Of a stretch of DNA of 57,624 bases, positions 47,120 through 56,620 are shown piece by piece (within the stretch, counting starts at the first letter, position 1; every line of letters begins with the position of its first letter). The stretch is from NCBI GenBank assembly GCA_964429745.1, contig CAYSDI010000009.1, positions 1 through 57,624 on the forward strand, read 5' to 3'. Under the pieces are notes generated by a model. The model did no database searches. It saw only the letters and a list, made by a program, of their open reading frames with translations, and was not told the DNA's origin. A program made the translations under genes and the position numbers. This DNA is from an uncultured Chitinophagales bacterium (lineage in GTDB: Bacteria > Bacteroidota > Bacteroidia > Chitinophagales > BACL12).

Positions 47120-48910
47120 TTGAAAGAACTCGCCTACCTCAATCCCTACTTTTTTAAGTACCGCTACCATTTTATCGGTGGCATCTTTTTTGTAGCGGCA
47201 TCCAATGTTTTCGCCGTGGTTTCGCCACAAGTGGTGCGTCATGCCATTAATCTGGTTACCGAAAGCCGCGACCTGTACTTCAGCCTGGCTGGCACTGCCG
47301 CCCAGGCCGACATGCGCGAGCGGTTCGTGGGCATTCTGCTCCTTTTCGCCGGCGTTTACTTAGTGCTGGCGCTGATCCGGGGGGCATTTATGTTCTTCAT
47401 GCGCCAGACGCTCATCATCATGTCCCGCCTGGTGGAGTACGACCTTAAAAACGAACTCTACGAGCAGTACCAGCGGCTTGACCAGGGCTTTTACCGCCGC
47501 AACAACACCGGCGACCTGATGTCGCGGGTAGCTGAAGACGTCGGGAGGGTCAGAATGTACGTTGGGCCCGCGCTGATGTACGCCATAAACCTGGTGGTCC
47601 TGTTCATCCTGGTGATCTACACCATGGTTCGGATTAATCCAACGTTGACCTTGTACGTGCTTTTGCCGCTGCCCATCTTATCGCTTTCCATCTATTACGT
47701 CAACAACATCATCAACCGCCGTTCGGAGGCTATCCAAGCTCAGCTTAGCGAGCTGACCTCACGCGCCCAGGAGGTCTTTTCTGGTATACGCGTGGTCAAA
47801 GCGTACGCCCAGGAAGATCCCATGGCGCGGCATTTTGATCAAGAGTGTATCGAGTATCGCGAGCGGTCCATGGGGCTGGCCCGCGTTGACGCCATTTTTC
47901 AGCCGCTCATGATGCTGCTGATCGGGTTGAGCACCATCATCACCATTCTCATCGGTGGGCAACAGGTTATTGCGGGTACGGTTACCCCTGGAAACGTAGC
48001 AGAATTTGTCATCTACGTGAACATGCTCACCTGGCCTGTGGCTTCGCTGGGCTGGGTGGCTTCCATCATTCAGCGCGCTGCAGCCTCACAAAAGAGGATC
48101 AACGAATTTTTGGCCATGGAGCCTGCCCTGATTGATACGGGCGAAAGGGTTCCGGATTTTTATGGCGACATCGAGTTTGACCGCGTCACCTTCACCTACC
48201 CCGACACCGGTATCCGGGCTTTGCACAACCTGAGTTTCCGAATTCCCGCCGGCAACCGGGTGGCGCTTTTTGGCCGGACAGGCTCCGGCAAATCCACCAT
48301 TGCTGAACTGTTAGTGCGCATGTACGACCCGGACAGTGGCGTCATTCGCATTGATGGGGTTGACTTGCGGGAGATGCCGTTGAACGAACTTAGACGGAAC
48401 ATTGGTTATGTTCCTCAGGACGTGTTTTTGTTTTCGGAATCGGTGGCCTACAACATCCAGTTCGGCACGGTCGAAGCCGAAAGAAGCCTCGAAAGAGCCA
48501 AAGTGCTGGCGGGTTATGCGTCCATTGCAGAGGAAATTGAACAATTCCCCCGAAAATTTGAAACCCGAATTGGCGAGCGCGGCGTGACCCTCAGCGGTGG
48601 GCAAAAACAGCGCATTTCCATTGCGCGGGCTTTTTCTAAAAACGCGCCGTTGTTAGTGCTGGACGATTGCCTTAGTGCCGTGGATGCCGGTACGGAAAAG
48701 CGCATTCTGGACAACCTGGAAGAGTACCTGCACGGAAAAACCGCCCTGATCATTACCCACCGGGTGTTCAGTCTCCTGGACTTGGATGAAATTCTGGTGT
48801 TGGAGCAAGGCACCATAGCGGAAAAGGGAAGTCACGAAGCGCTGCTGTCGGCTGGAGGCTTGTACGCAGAGCTTTACGAGAAGCAAAAGCGCGAAGATCA
48901 TGCAGCCTAA
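47120..48910 (+). CDS. Fused TMD-NBD ABC exporter (MsbA/lipid-exporter-like)
   Basis: The track ORF runs antisense through the dehydrogenase gene. I start at the in-frame TTG 47120, giving (M)KELAYLNPYFFKYRYHFIGGIFF, a typical N-terminus for this family. It has six TM segments, then GRTGSGKST, LSGGQKQRISIARA and LVLDDCLSAVD. Confidence 0.85.
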   Translation: MKELAYLNPYFFKYRYHFIGGIFFVAASNVFAVVSPQVVRHAINLVTESRDLYFSLAGTAAQADMRERFVGILLLFAGVYLVLALIRGAFMFFMRQTLIIMSRLVEYDLKNELYEQYQRLDQGFYRRNNTGDLMSRVAEDVGRVRMYVGPALMYAINLVVLFILVIYTMVRINPTLTLYVLLPLPILSLSIYYVNNIINRRSEAIQAQLSELTSRAQEVFSGIRVVKAYAQEDPMARHFDQECIEYRERSMGLARVDAIFQPLMMLLIGLSTIITILIGGQQVIAGTVTPGNVAEFVIYVNMLTWPVASLGWVASIIQRAAASQKRINEFLAMEPALIDTGERVPDFYGDIEFDRVTFTYPDTGIRALHNLSFRIPAGNRVALFGRTGSGKSTIAELLVRMYDPDSGVIRIDGVDLREMPLNELRRNIGYVPQDVFLFSESVAYNIQFGTVEAERSLERAKVLAGYASIAEEIEQFPRKFETRIGERGVTLSGGQKQRISIARAFSKNAPLLVLDDCLSAVDAGTEKRILDNLEEYLHGKTALIITHRVFSLLDLDEILVLEQGTIAEKGSHEALLSAGGLYAELYEKQKREDHAA

Positions 48911-49003
48911 GTATGGCGTGTAGCGCTGCTTGGCCTTCCTTTCCGGCTCTCACCGCGCATTCCCGCTCACGGCCTTATCTTTGCCGCTCAAATTTCTAGC
49001 GGT

Positions 49004-50104
49004 ATGGCACTGAAATGCGGCATTGTCGGTCTTCCGAATGTGGGCAAATCCACCTTGTTCAACTCGTTGTCCAACGCAAAGGCGCAGTCGGCGAATTTCC
49101 CTTTTTGCACCATTGAGCCCAATGTTGGCGTGATTACCGTGCCTGACCCGCGCCTGGTCAAATTACAGGAGCTGATCAACCCCAAAAGTTTGGTGGCTAC
49201 CACCATGGAGTTTGTGGACATTGCTGGCCTGGTCAAAGGAGCGTCAAAAGGGGAGGGGCTGGGCAATCAGTTTCTGGGCAATATCCGGGAAACGGATGCC
49301 ATCATTCATGTGATCCGCTGCTTTGCAGACGACAACATTGTGCACGTACACGGCCATGTTGACCCCGTTCGCGACAAAGAGATTATTGACACGGAATTGT
49401 TGCTTAAAGACCTGGAAGGTCTGGAAAAACGGCTGGACAAACAGCGCCGGGCAGCAAAGTCGGGAGACAAGCCCGCCCAAAAGCAGGTGGCCATGATGGA
49501 GCGCCTTAAAACGCATATCGAAGCAGGACTTGCCGTCCGCTCCTTTGACTTGCAGGATGAGGAGGAGCGCGGCTGGCTGCGCGATTTTCAACTGCTCACG
49601 GCCAAGCCAGTTTTGTACGCTTGCAATGTAGACGAAGGGGCTATTTTGACTGGCAACGCTTTTGTGGAGCAATTGAAGGCGGCCATTGCCGGAGAGCAGG
49701 CAGAAGTTGTCCTGATCTGCGCAGGCATGGAGGCCGAAATAGCAGAGCTGGAAAGCCTGGAGGACCGGGAGGCCTTTCTGGCCGATTTAGGTTTAGAAGA
49801 AAGCGGATTAAACCGTCTCATTCGCTCTGCCTACAAACTGATGGATCTGATCACCTATTTCACCGCCGGAGTCAAGGAAGTCCGCGCCTGGACGATTCAC
49901 CGCGGAACCCGGGCGCCTCAGGCTGCTGGCGTTATCCACAGCGATTTTGAAAAGGGATTTATCCGGGCTGAGGTAATTCCCTACCAGACCTATGTGACGC
50001 TAGGTTCTGAAAATGCCTGCAAGGAAGCTGGTAAGCTCCAGGTGGAAGGCAAGGAATACGTGGTTCAGGACGGGGACGTCATGCACTTTCGGTTCAACGT
50101 TTGA
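49004..50104 (+). CDS. ychF: Ribosome-binding ATPase YchF
   Basis: 366 aa. Contains MALKCGIVGLPNVGKSTLFN and DIAGLVKGASKGEGLGN, plus a C-terminal TGS-like domain. Confidence 0.95.
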   Translation: MALKCGIVGLPNVGKSTLFNSLSNAKAQSANFPFCTIEPNVGVITVPDPRLVKLQELINPKSLVATTMEFVDIAGLVKGASKGEGLGNQFLGNIRETDAIIHVIRCFADDNIVHVHGHVDPVRDKEIIDTELLLKDLEGLEKRLDKQRRAAKSGDKPAQKQVAMMERLKTHIEAGLAVRSFDLQDEEERGWLRDFQLLTAKPVLYACNVDEGAILTGNAFVEQLKAAIAGEQAEVVLICAGMEAEIAELESLEDREAFLADLGLEESGLNRLIRSAYKLMDLITYFTAGVKEVRAWTIHRGTRAPQAAGVIHSDFEKGFIRAEVIPYQTYVTLGSENACKEAGKLQVEGKEYVVQDGDVMHFRFNV

Positions 50105-50231
50105 ACGGGCTCTGCCTGTTAAGGCGCTGGATTTTCAGGAGCTGGAAAATAGGTCGGAACTGACTCGACATCGCTGCGCATGGGCTCTCCCTTAAAGCGC
50201 CGCTGGCCATAACCATTGCATCACCGTTGAC

Positions 50232-50714
50232 TCAGCGCTCGGATTCCGGCTCGGAAGCCTCGGGCGCCAATGCTTGGCTTGTAAAGTCCAGGGACACAGA
50301 GTTGATGCAATAGCGCAGGCCAGTTTCGGTTGGTCCGTCCGGAAAAACATGTCCAAGGTGCGAACCACATTGGCCACAGACCACTTCCGTGCGGATCATG
50401 CCATGGCTCTTGTCCACAATCTCCCTGATACGATCACCTGCTGCAGCCCGGTCAAAGGAAGGCCAACCACATCGGCTGTCGAACTTTGAGGCGGACGAAA
50501 AGAGTTCTTGGCCACAACCCCCACAGGTATAAGCGCCAGCCTGCCAATGCAGGTTGTACTGGCCGGTAAATGGACGCTCGGTGCCTTTGCCGCGAAGGAC
50601 GCGGTATCGTTCTGGCCCTAAACGTTCCAACCATTCGGCTTCGCTGGCGGAATTGCTCCAGGATTTGGAATCCGGGTTGGAACCGGGCTGGGCGGGGGGC
50701 GTTGAGGGAGGCAT
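50232..50714 (-). CDS. msrB: Peptide-methionine (R)-S-oxide reductase
   Basis: Contains [17 protein letters not shown] and [16 protein letters not shown]. There is a ~25-aa Pro/Ser-rich N-terminal extension. Confidence 0.9.
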   Translation of the reverse strand: MPPSTPPAQPGSNPDSKSWSNSASEAEWLERLGPERYRVLRGKGTERPFTGQYNLHWQAGAYTCGGCGQELFSSASKFDSRCGWPSFDRAAAGDRIREIVDKSHGMIRTEVVCGQCGSHLGHVFPDGPTETGLRYCINSVSLDFTSQALAPEASEPESER

Positions 50715-51005
50715 TTGGGTTTACTTTACGGTAGCTGTTGAGCAGTGGCTGAAAAGACGACCAATCGATAATCAGGAACAGAAAACTGGCAGGAGCGGTT
50801 CATTTTGGAGCAAAAATTGAGCCGAGGAATTGCCCAAAACCGCCATTTTGGTTAAGAAATCCAAAAAAAAGCAGATGCTTTGCAACCAACGCGACATAAA
50901 ATACGTCCCGAAACGTTTGGGAATTGTTACTTAAGGCCCTATCTTGTTAACAGCATCGGACTTTTAGGGCAAATTAGGGGGTCACACCGTCTCACGCACA
51001 GGAAA

Positions 51006-51104
51006 ATGAAGGGTCTATCCATTATCACATCGTACATGCTGGCAGTGTTATTCTGCCTGGTGCTCTCGTTTGTATTGCTGGCCTTCCACATGTACATGAA
51101 CTGA
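51006..51104 (+). CDS. Possible 32-aa hydrophobic membrane peptide
   Basis: MKGLSIITSYMLAVLFCLVLSFVLLAFHMYMN. It is a single TM-like helix and the only coding-like signal in a ~480-nt gap. The call is speculative. Confidence 0.25.
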   Translation: MKGLSIITSYMLAVLFCLVLSFVLLAFHMYMN

Positions 51105-51195
51105 GCAATCCGCTTACAGTCAAGCCGTTTCAGGTATAGGCCATACCGTTGGCTGTTTCTGCTTTTAAAGCCAGCACACCCTTCAAGAAGTTCGG

Positions 51196-52617
51196 TCAGG
51201 GTTTGAATTGGTTCTCCCAGGCGTCCATAAACTCCTCAAGCTGCTCGGCAACCAGTCGTTTGGCGACAATTTGCTTGTTGTTATCGAGCAAGAAGAGCAC
51301 CGGAGTGGCATTGATGTCGTAGAGCGTCCGGAACTCGCTGGTCTGATCAAAGTCAGCCACATGGTACCAGCCATCAAGACTGTGTTTTTCAATGAACTTA
51401 AGCCATTTGTCCAGTTCTAATTGGGTGTTCACGGCAAAGAGCGAAATGTCGTAGCGCGTTTTTACCTGGTCAAAAGCCTTCTTCAATGCCGGGGTTTCTT
51501 TTTGGCAATGACTGCAATCAGGATCCCAGAAATAAAGGATGGTGTACTTAGTGTTTAGGGAGTACAAATTCTGGGTCCGGCCGTTCACATCCTTCATTAT
51601 GATGTTCGGAGCCGTTTTTCCGATCAAGGTGGGTTCCATCCGTTTAGCCCGATCGGTAATGCGGAAACGCTGGGCTTCATCCAGCCAGGTAGCCTCGCCT
51701 TTGTCGTAGTATTTCAAGGCTATGTGCACGTATACCCCATCCATGCCCATGACGTTGGAATTAGCGTATTCATTAAGGAGCCACACCAGACAAAACTTAA
51801 ACAACTCCGGATTTGCTCTGGATTTGTTGAGGATGTTATCGACTGAGACGCTCAGGGAATCTGGCGAGCGGTAGGAGAGGGTGTTGAGGTAGCGCTCCAT
51901 CACGTTGTAGACAACAGGGGTGCGAAGCAATCGCTCATCGCTCCAATCCAGTTGGTCCAGACCGTGCCGTCTGGCATAGCGAAATTGAAAGAACGAATCC
52001 GTGATGTTGCCTTGGGCGTCGCGGGGAGGCTCCGGCAATTCCTGCTCTTCGAGCGCCTTCAAAATTTTGATGTACAACAGATCCGGATGCTTGAGCAAAA
52101 GGTCTTTGCGCCAATCTTTAACCTCCTGGTTTAGTTTTTCCAATTGGTCAAGAATTGCCTTTTGTTCGGGGCTATCGGGTTCCAGCGTCTGTAACTGCGC
52201 TGTTAAAGGCTCTGATGCTGTGCGTTTGGCCTGGAGGAACCGGAGGTCTTGGTAAAACACCTCATTTTCTTTAGAGCCTTTGAACTGAATGGAGCCCACC
52301 AGGTCATTCACATCACCGGTCATGCTGAATTTGGGCTCGCGTACCACAAACTCAAAATATTCATTCTTACGGCTTGGAAAGACGATCATGTACAAGCCAG
52401 AAGGCAGCAGGGTGTCGGCACTGATGGTGACCTTACCTTCTTTGTCCAGCATAAGTGTGTCGGCGATGTACTGCTTATCGCCGTAATGGTAGGCCAGGAA
52501 GATGGTTGTGTCGGCAATGTTGTCCAAATCAAATTTGTATTCAAACCCGTCAGCGGCTCGAACATTTCCAGTTATAAAGCTGATAATCAGCGCAGTGTAG
52601 AGTAGTAATTTCGACAT
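51196..52617 (-). CDS. TlpA/ResA-like thioredoxin-fold thiol-disulfide oxidoreductase with large N-terminal domain (DUF5106-like)
   Basis: The start is at MSKLLLYTALIISF (52617), with a signal peptide. The C-terminal thioredoxin fold contains YFWDPDCSHCQKE (CxxC). Confidence 0.8.
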   Translation of the reverse strand: MSKLLLYTALIISFITGNVRAADGFEYKFDLDNIADTTIFLAYHYGDKQYIADTLMLDKEGKVTISADTLLPSGLYMIVFPSRKNEYFEFVVREPKFSMTGDVNDLVGSIQFKGSKENEVFYQDLRFLQAKRTASEPLTAQLQTLEPDSPEQKAILDQLEKLNQEVKDWRKDLLLKHPDLLYIKILKALEEQELPEPPRDAQGNITDSFFQFRYARRHGLDQLDWSDERLLRTPVVYNVMERYLNTLSYRSPDSLSVSVDNILNKSRANPELFKFCLVWLLNEYANSNVMGMDGVYVHIALKYYDKGEATWLDEAQRFRITDRAKRMEPTLIGKTAPNIIMKDVNGRTQNLYSLNTKYTILYFWDPDCSHCQKETPALKKAFDQVKTRYDISLFAVNTQLELDKWLKFIEKHSLDGWYHVADFDQTSEFRTLYDINATPVLFLLDNNKQIVAKRLVAEQLEEFMDAWENQFKP

Positions 52618-52745
52618 AGAATAGCAAAGGTTGTTCAATGCGCGCAAATTTAGGGCAAATGCAAGGCATTTGATCTTTGTGCGTAGAGCATTCGCTCAAA
52701 TGCGGCGTTGCAGCAAAAAGTTTGCCAGAACACGTTAAAGGTCAA

Positions 52746-53828
52746 TTATTCCAAAACGGGCACTTTGATCGCCATAGTGGTGTCCAGCCCGCTCAAAATT
52801 TCCACGGCAATGCCATCTGAAAGTCCTAGGGTAAGGTTTTGCCGGACGAATACCTGAGGGTCTTTTTCAATTTCCACATAGGCGGTGTCTCCACTGAATT
52901 GAAGTAAGCTTTCTTTTATAAGTAATACAGAATCTCTTTTTTCCAGCAGAATATCGGCATTGGCGCTGTAGCCCGCTCTCAGAAAGGCGGTATGTGTAGG
53001 ATCGACATCTGCCCGGATATTGAATTTTATAGTTCCTTCTTCCGTAATTCCCTTTGGGGAAATGAACTGGAGCTTGGCATCAAACACCAAGTCTTCAATG
53101 GCACCAACAGTCAATTGCAAGGTCATTCCTTCTTTCAATTTGCCCACCTCAGATTCGTCGACTTTGCCTTCAAAAATCATGTCGCCCATGTCGGCTACGG
53201 TAACAATCGTGGTGCCTTCATTAAAATTATTGCTGGCAATAGCCGGGCTCCCTTCGCGGACGGGGACATCCAGAATCATGCCGTCTGCAGTAGAACGCAC
53301 CAGGTTTGCGGCAGTCTTGGAACCGCGCGCAGCACCGGTCTGCAGAACATCCAATGCGGCTTCAGCGCCCTTCAGTTGCTGAAATGCCAAATCAGCAGAC
53401 AAGGCAAACTGCAGGTAGGCCTGTTCCGCAATGGTCCCGTTTTTGAAAAGCCGTTCCTGGCGTCCGCGTTCTATCTCGGAAGCTTGGTAGTCAATTCGCG
53501 CAAGGTCTACCTGGGCGCGAGCCGCTTGTAAACTGTTTTCGTCTGGCACCACCTGAATGCGGGCCAGAAGTTGACCCTTGGTAACCAGTTGACCAGCTTC
53601 CACATAGATTTCCTCAATGACTCCAGTTACTTGCGCCTTGACTTCTACTTCGCGGCGCGGCACAATGGATCCAGTAGCCACAGTTTTTTGCACCACATTC
53701 CCTACGCTAGCCTTTTCGGTTTCGTAAACGACCGGATCCTTTTTCATCTGATCATAGAAATACTTACCCATGGCAATGGCTAAACCAATAAACAACAGTA
53801 CAAAAATTATTATTGCTGCTTTTTTCAT
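52746..53828 (-). CDS. HlyD/MacA-type periplasmic adaptor (membrane fusion protein)
   Basis: 360 aa. It has an N-terminal TM anchor, a coiled-coil hairpin region (QAARAQVDLARIDYQASEIERGRQERL) and beta-barrel domains. Confidence 0.85.
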   Translation of the reverse strand: MKKAAIIIFVLLFIGLAIAMGKYFYDQMKKDPVVYETEKASVGNVVQKTVATGSIVPRREVEVKAQVTGVIEEIYVEAGQLVTKGQLLARIQVVPDENSLQAARAQVDLARIDYQASEIERGRQERLFKNGTIAEQAYLQFALSADLAFQQLKGAEAALDVLQTGAARGSKTAANLVRSTADGMILDVPVREGSPAIASNNFNEGTTIVTVADMGDMIFEGKVDESEVGKLKEGMTLQLTVGAIEDLVFDAKLQFISPKGITEEGTIKFNIRADVDPTHTAFLRAGYSANADILLEKRDSVLLIKESLLQFSGDTAYVEIEKDPQVFVRQNLTLGLSDGIAVEILSGLDTTMAIKVPVLE

Positions 53829-53863
53829 TCTTTTTCTTTTATAAAAACCACTAAAGGCGATTT

Positions 53864-54099
53864 GGGGTACTCCTAAGGGATGTTGGCCGGGTCTTCCTTC
53901 GCGGTGTTAGGTAGATCTTGGTTAGTGGTGTGAGGTAGTTCTTCCTTGTCAGTTTCCGGTAAAGGGTGCTTCAACAATCCCCTCTGCTAACTTCGGAGAC
54001 AAGGCAAGCCTAATTTTTAACACCGGAGTTTACTCCTGTAAATGAGGTTGTTAAAAGTTGGGGTTAACGCAGCATATGGTGTTTTTAGGAGTATCCTTA
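53864..54099. repeat. MITE/REP-like palindromic element, long copy C (inverted relative to copy A)
   Basis: The reverse complement of 53993-54098 aligns with 18086-18190, including the identical 36-nt core. The ends are GGGGTACTCCTAAGGG (53864-53879) and TTTTTAGGAGTATCC (54082-54096), which form inverted repeats. About 100 extra internal nt carry TCTTCCTT and GGTAG direct repeats. Confidence 0.75.
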
Positions 54100-55359
54100 A
54101 TCTTCTTTAAGCGTGATAGCTGGATTGATGGAGGCCGCTTGAAATGCGGGAATAGCCCCGGCAACTGCACCCGAAAGCACGAGGCAAGCCATTGCAATGA
54201 GTGCAAAGGGCAGGTTGATTTCCGGATCGCGGAGAAAGACATTTCCCCCTTCTGCGGCAGCGGCGGTGATCATCTTGTCCGCCAGGGTTAACAGGCCAAT
54301 CCCGGCCATCAGACCGATGTAGCCCGAAAGCGTTGTCAAGAAAATTGCCTCGGACATAATCATGCGGACAATGCTGCCGTTGGTCGCACCCAAAGCTTTT
54401 CGAACCCCAATTTCCTTAACCCGTTCGCGCACGATGATGAGCATAATGTTTCCTACGCCAATGACCCCGGCCAGCAAGGTTCCAAAACTCACAAACAGCA
54501 CAATAGTTCGAATCCAGAAAAAGAGGTTTTGAAAGCGCAGAAATTCCTCTTCCAGGTTGAAAGAACCAATCGCCTGTTTGTCTTCCGGCGAGACATCGTG
54601 CCGCTCGCGGAGCAAGGTGGTTAGCTCTTCCTGAACACTGGCTGTTTCATACCCTTCGCCCACTGTACAGATAAACCAACCGACCTCGTTGATCATGTTG
54701 TAGGTGTACTGCATCGTGGTAATGGGCATGAAAATGCTTTCGTCATCTTCTCGGCTTTGGTCGCCGCTCCGCTCCGAATGAGCAATGCCGACCACTAGGA
54801 ACCACACCCCTTTGATCTTCAGGTATTCCCCAATGGGCTCCTCCTGGCCGAACAAAACTTCAGCAACCCGCTTGCCGATGACAATCACTTTGCGGCGTTC
54901 GGCCAAATCAATGGGGTTGATGAATCGCCCTTTGGCCAAACGCACCGGTTCTAGCTTAACCAGCGCATCCGTTTCTCCCCGAACACTGAAGGCCCCTTCT
55001 TTGTCTTTGCGAATAATTTGATCCACGGTGAGCCAGAGTCGGGGCGAAATCTGATCCACGCCGTTGACATTGTTGCGAATGGCCGTAATGTCATCCATGT
55101 ACAGCGGGAAAATTCGACCGGCCTGCAAGCCCTTGTAAGGAACGGTGGTCCGTTCGGTCCAGACAAACATGCTTTTGGTCGAAAACTTGCCGAACTCGAA
55201 CAACGCTGCATTTTCCAGCGCAGCCCCTGCACCCATCATAACGATTAGCATAAAAATACCCCAAATAACACCGAGCGCGGTCATGGCTGTCCGCAGCTTG
55301 TGCTTGGTCAGGGTGGAGAGAATCTCCTGCCATTTGTCCAGATCAAAGAGGCTTTTCAA
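54097..55359 (-). CDS. MacB/FtsX-type ABC permease (paralog 2)
   Basis: 420 aa. It has an N-terminal TM segment, a large periplasmic domain, and the C-terminal FtsX region KEIGVRKALGATNGSIVRMIM. Confidence 0.85.
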   Translation of the reverse strand: MKSLFDLDKWQEILSTLTKHKLRTAMTALGVIWGIFMLIVMMGAGAALENAALFEFGKFSTKSMFVWTERTTVPYKGLQAGRIFPLYMDDITAIRNNVNGVDQISPRLWLTVDQIIRKDKEGAFSVRGETDALVKLEPVRLAKGRFINPIDLAERRKVIVIGKRVAEVLFGQEEPIGEYLKIKGVWFLVVGIAHSERSGDQSREDDESIFMPITTMQYTYNMINEVGWFICTVGEGYETASVQEELTTLLRERHDVSPEDKQAIGSFNLEEEFLRFQNLFFWIRTIVLFVSFGTLLAGVIGVGNIMLIIVRERVKEIGVRKALGATNGSIVRMIMSEAIFLTTLSGYIGLMAGIGLLTLADKMITAAAAEGGNVFLRDPEINLPFALIAMACLVLSGAVAGAIPAFQAASINPAITLKED

Positions 55360-55372
55360 CGGTGGAAAGGAT

Positions 55373-56620
55373 TCAGGATTTCATGGCAACGGCGGGTGCA
55401 ATGCGCACGGCGCGGATGGCCGGTATCAAACCAGACAGCCCTCCGGAAATGACCAGAATGCTTAGCGCGCCAATCACTACCCCTGGCGTGACGCCCGGGT
55501 TTAGGAACATAGTTTCATCACTGGGTGTTGAAGGCAAAACATAGGCGTTCACGACCCAAAGCAGCCCTATACCCAACATCATGCCCAGATACCCGGCGAT
55601 CCCAGTGATCAGAATAGACTCCTGCATGATCATGGAGACGATGCTGCGGTTCGTAGCCCCCAAAGCTTTCCGCACCCCAATTTCACGCGTCCGCTCTGTG
55701 ACGGAGATGAGCATAATGTTACTTATGCCAATGATACCCGCAATCAGGGTCAGGATGCCGATAATCCAGATGAAAACCTGAATGCCGGCAAAAAGTCCGA
55801 GGAAACGCTTAAACTCTTCCAGCGAATTGCTGATGTAGATGGCCTGCTCATCAGCTGGATCAAAGCGGTGTACATCCGCCAGCCTGTTGCGAAGGGAGGT
55901 TTCTAATTGTTTGGACGAAGCGATGTCGGAGCTGTACATGGTCATCATCAACTGGCTGACATTGTCCTGTCCATTATCAATGCGCTGAGCCGTGCTGATC
56001 GGTAAATAGATTTGTTTGTTCTCGTTGCGGCCACCGGAATCATTAAAAATGCCGATGACCTGGTAAAGCACCCCTTTGATCTTGATGTAGGTTCCGATCA
56101 CAGTTTCCTGGGGATCGTATAGTCCGGCGGCGACATCCACTCCGATGACACAGACCTTCCGGAAACCCTGCATGTCGAAGACGTTTAGGTAGCGCCCTTC
56201 CGTGACTTCGGTGTTTTCCAGGTATTGGTGATCCGGGTGCACACAGCGAATGTAGTAGGAACTGCTGCGGTCACCCCGGCTGACTGAGTATTCGCCCTGC
56301 AGATAATAGCGGCCAGTCAGGCGATCAACTGCGGGCTCTTCCTGCCGGATATCCTGGTAATCGCTGTTGGTAAATTGTATGCTACGCCCGGAAGGTAAAC
56401 CCCGGTAAGGCATGCTCGTTACGCCGGGATAAATCCAAATACTGTTGATGGCATCATCCTTGAACTGAAACGTGACGCCGCGTTGAAGTCCATTGCCGGA
56501 TCCGAGCAGCAACACCAGCATCAGCATGCCCCAAAAAACGCTTAGCGACGTAAGCCCCGAGCGAAGCTTGTGTCGCCAAAGCGAGTCAAAGACTTCCCGG
56601 CTTTGTTCCAAATTAACCAT
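55373..56620 (-). CDS. MacB/FtsX-type ABC permease (paralog 1)
   Basis: The start is at MVNLEQSREVF (56620), overlapping the ATPase stop by 8 nt. It has the same architecture as paralog 2, with REIGVRKALGATNRSIVSMIM. Confidence 0.85.
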   Translation of the reverse strand: MVNLEQSREVFDSLWRHKLRSGLTSLSVFWGMLMLVLLLGSGNGLQRGVTFQFKDDAINSIWIYPGVTSMPYRGLPSGRSIQFTNSDYQDIRQEEPAVDRLTGRYYLQGEYSVSRGDRSSSYYIRCVHPDHQYLENTEVTEGRYLNVFDMQGFRKVCVIGVDVAAGLYDPQETVIGTYIKIKGVLYQVIGIFNDSGGRNENKQIYLPISTAQRIDNGQDNVSQLMMTMYSSDIASSKQLETSLRNRLADVHRFDPADEQAIYISNSLEEFKRFLGLFAGIQVFIWIIGILTLIAGIIGISNIMLISVTERTREIGVRKALGATNRSIVSMIMQESILITGIAGYLGMMLGIGLLWVVNAYVLPSTPSDETMFLNPGVTPGVVIGALSILVISGGLSGLIPAIRAVRIAPAVAMKS

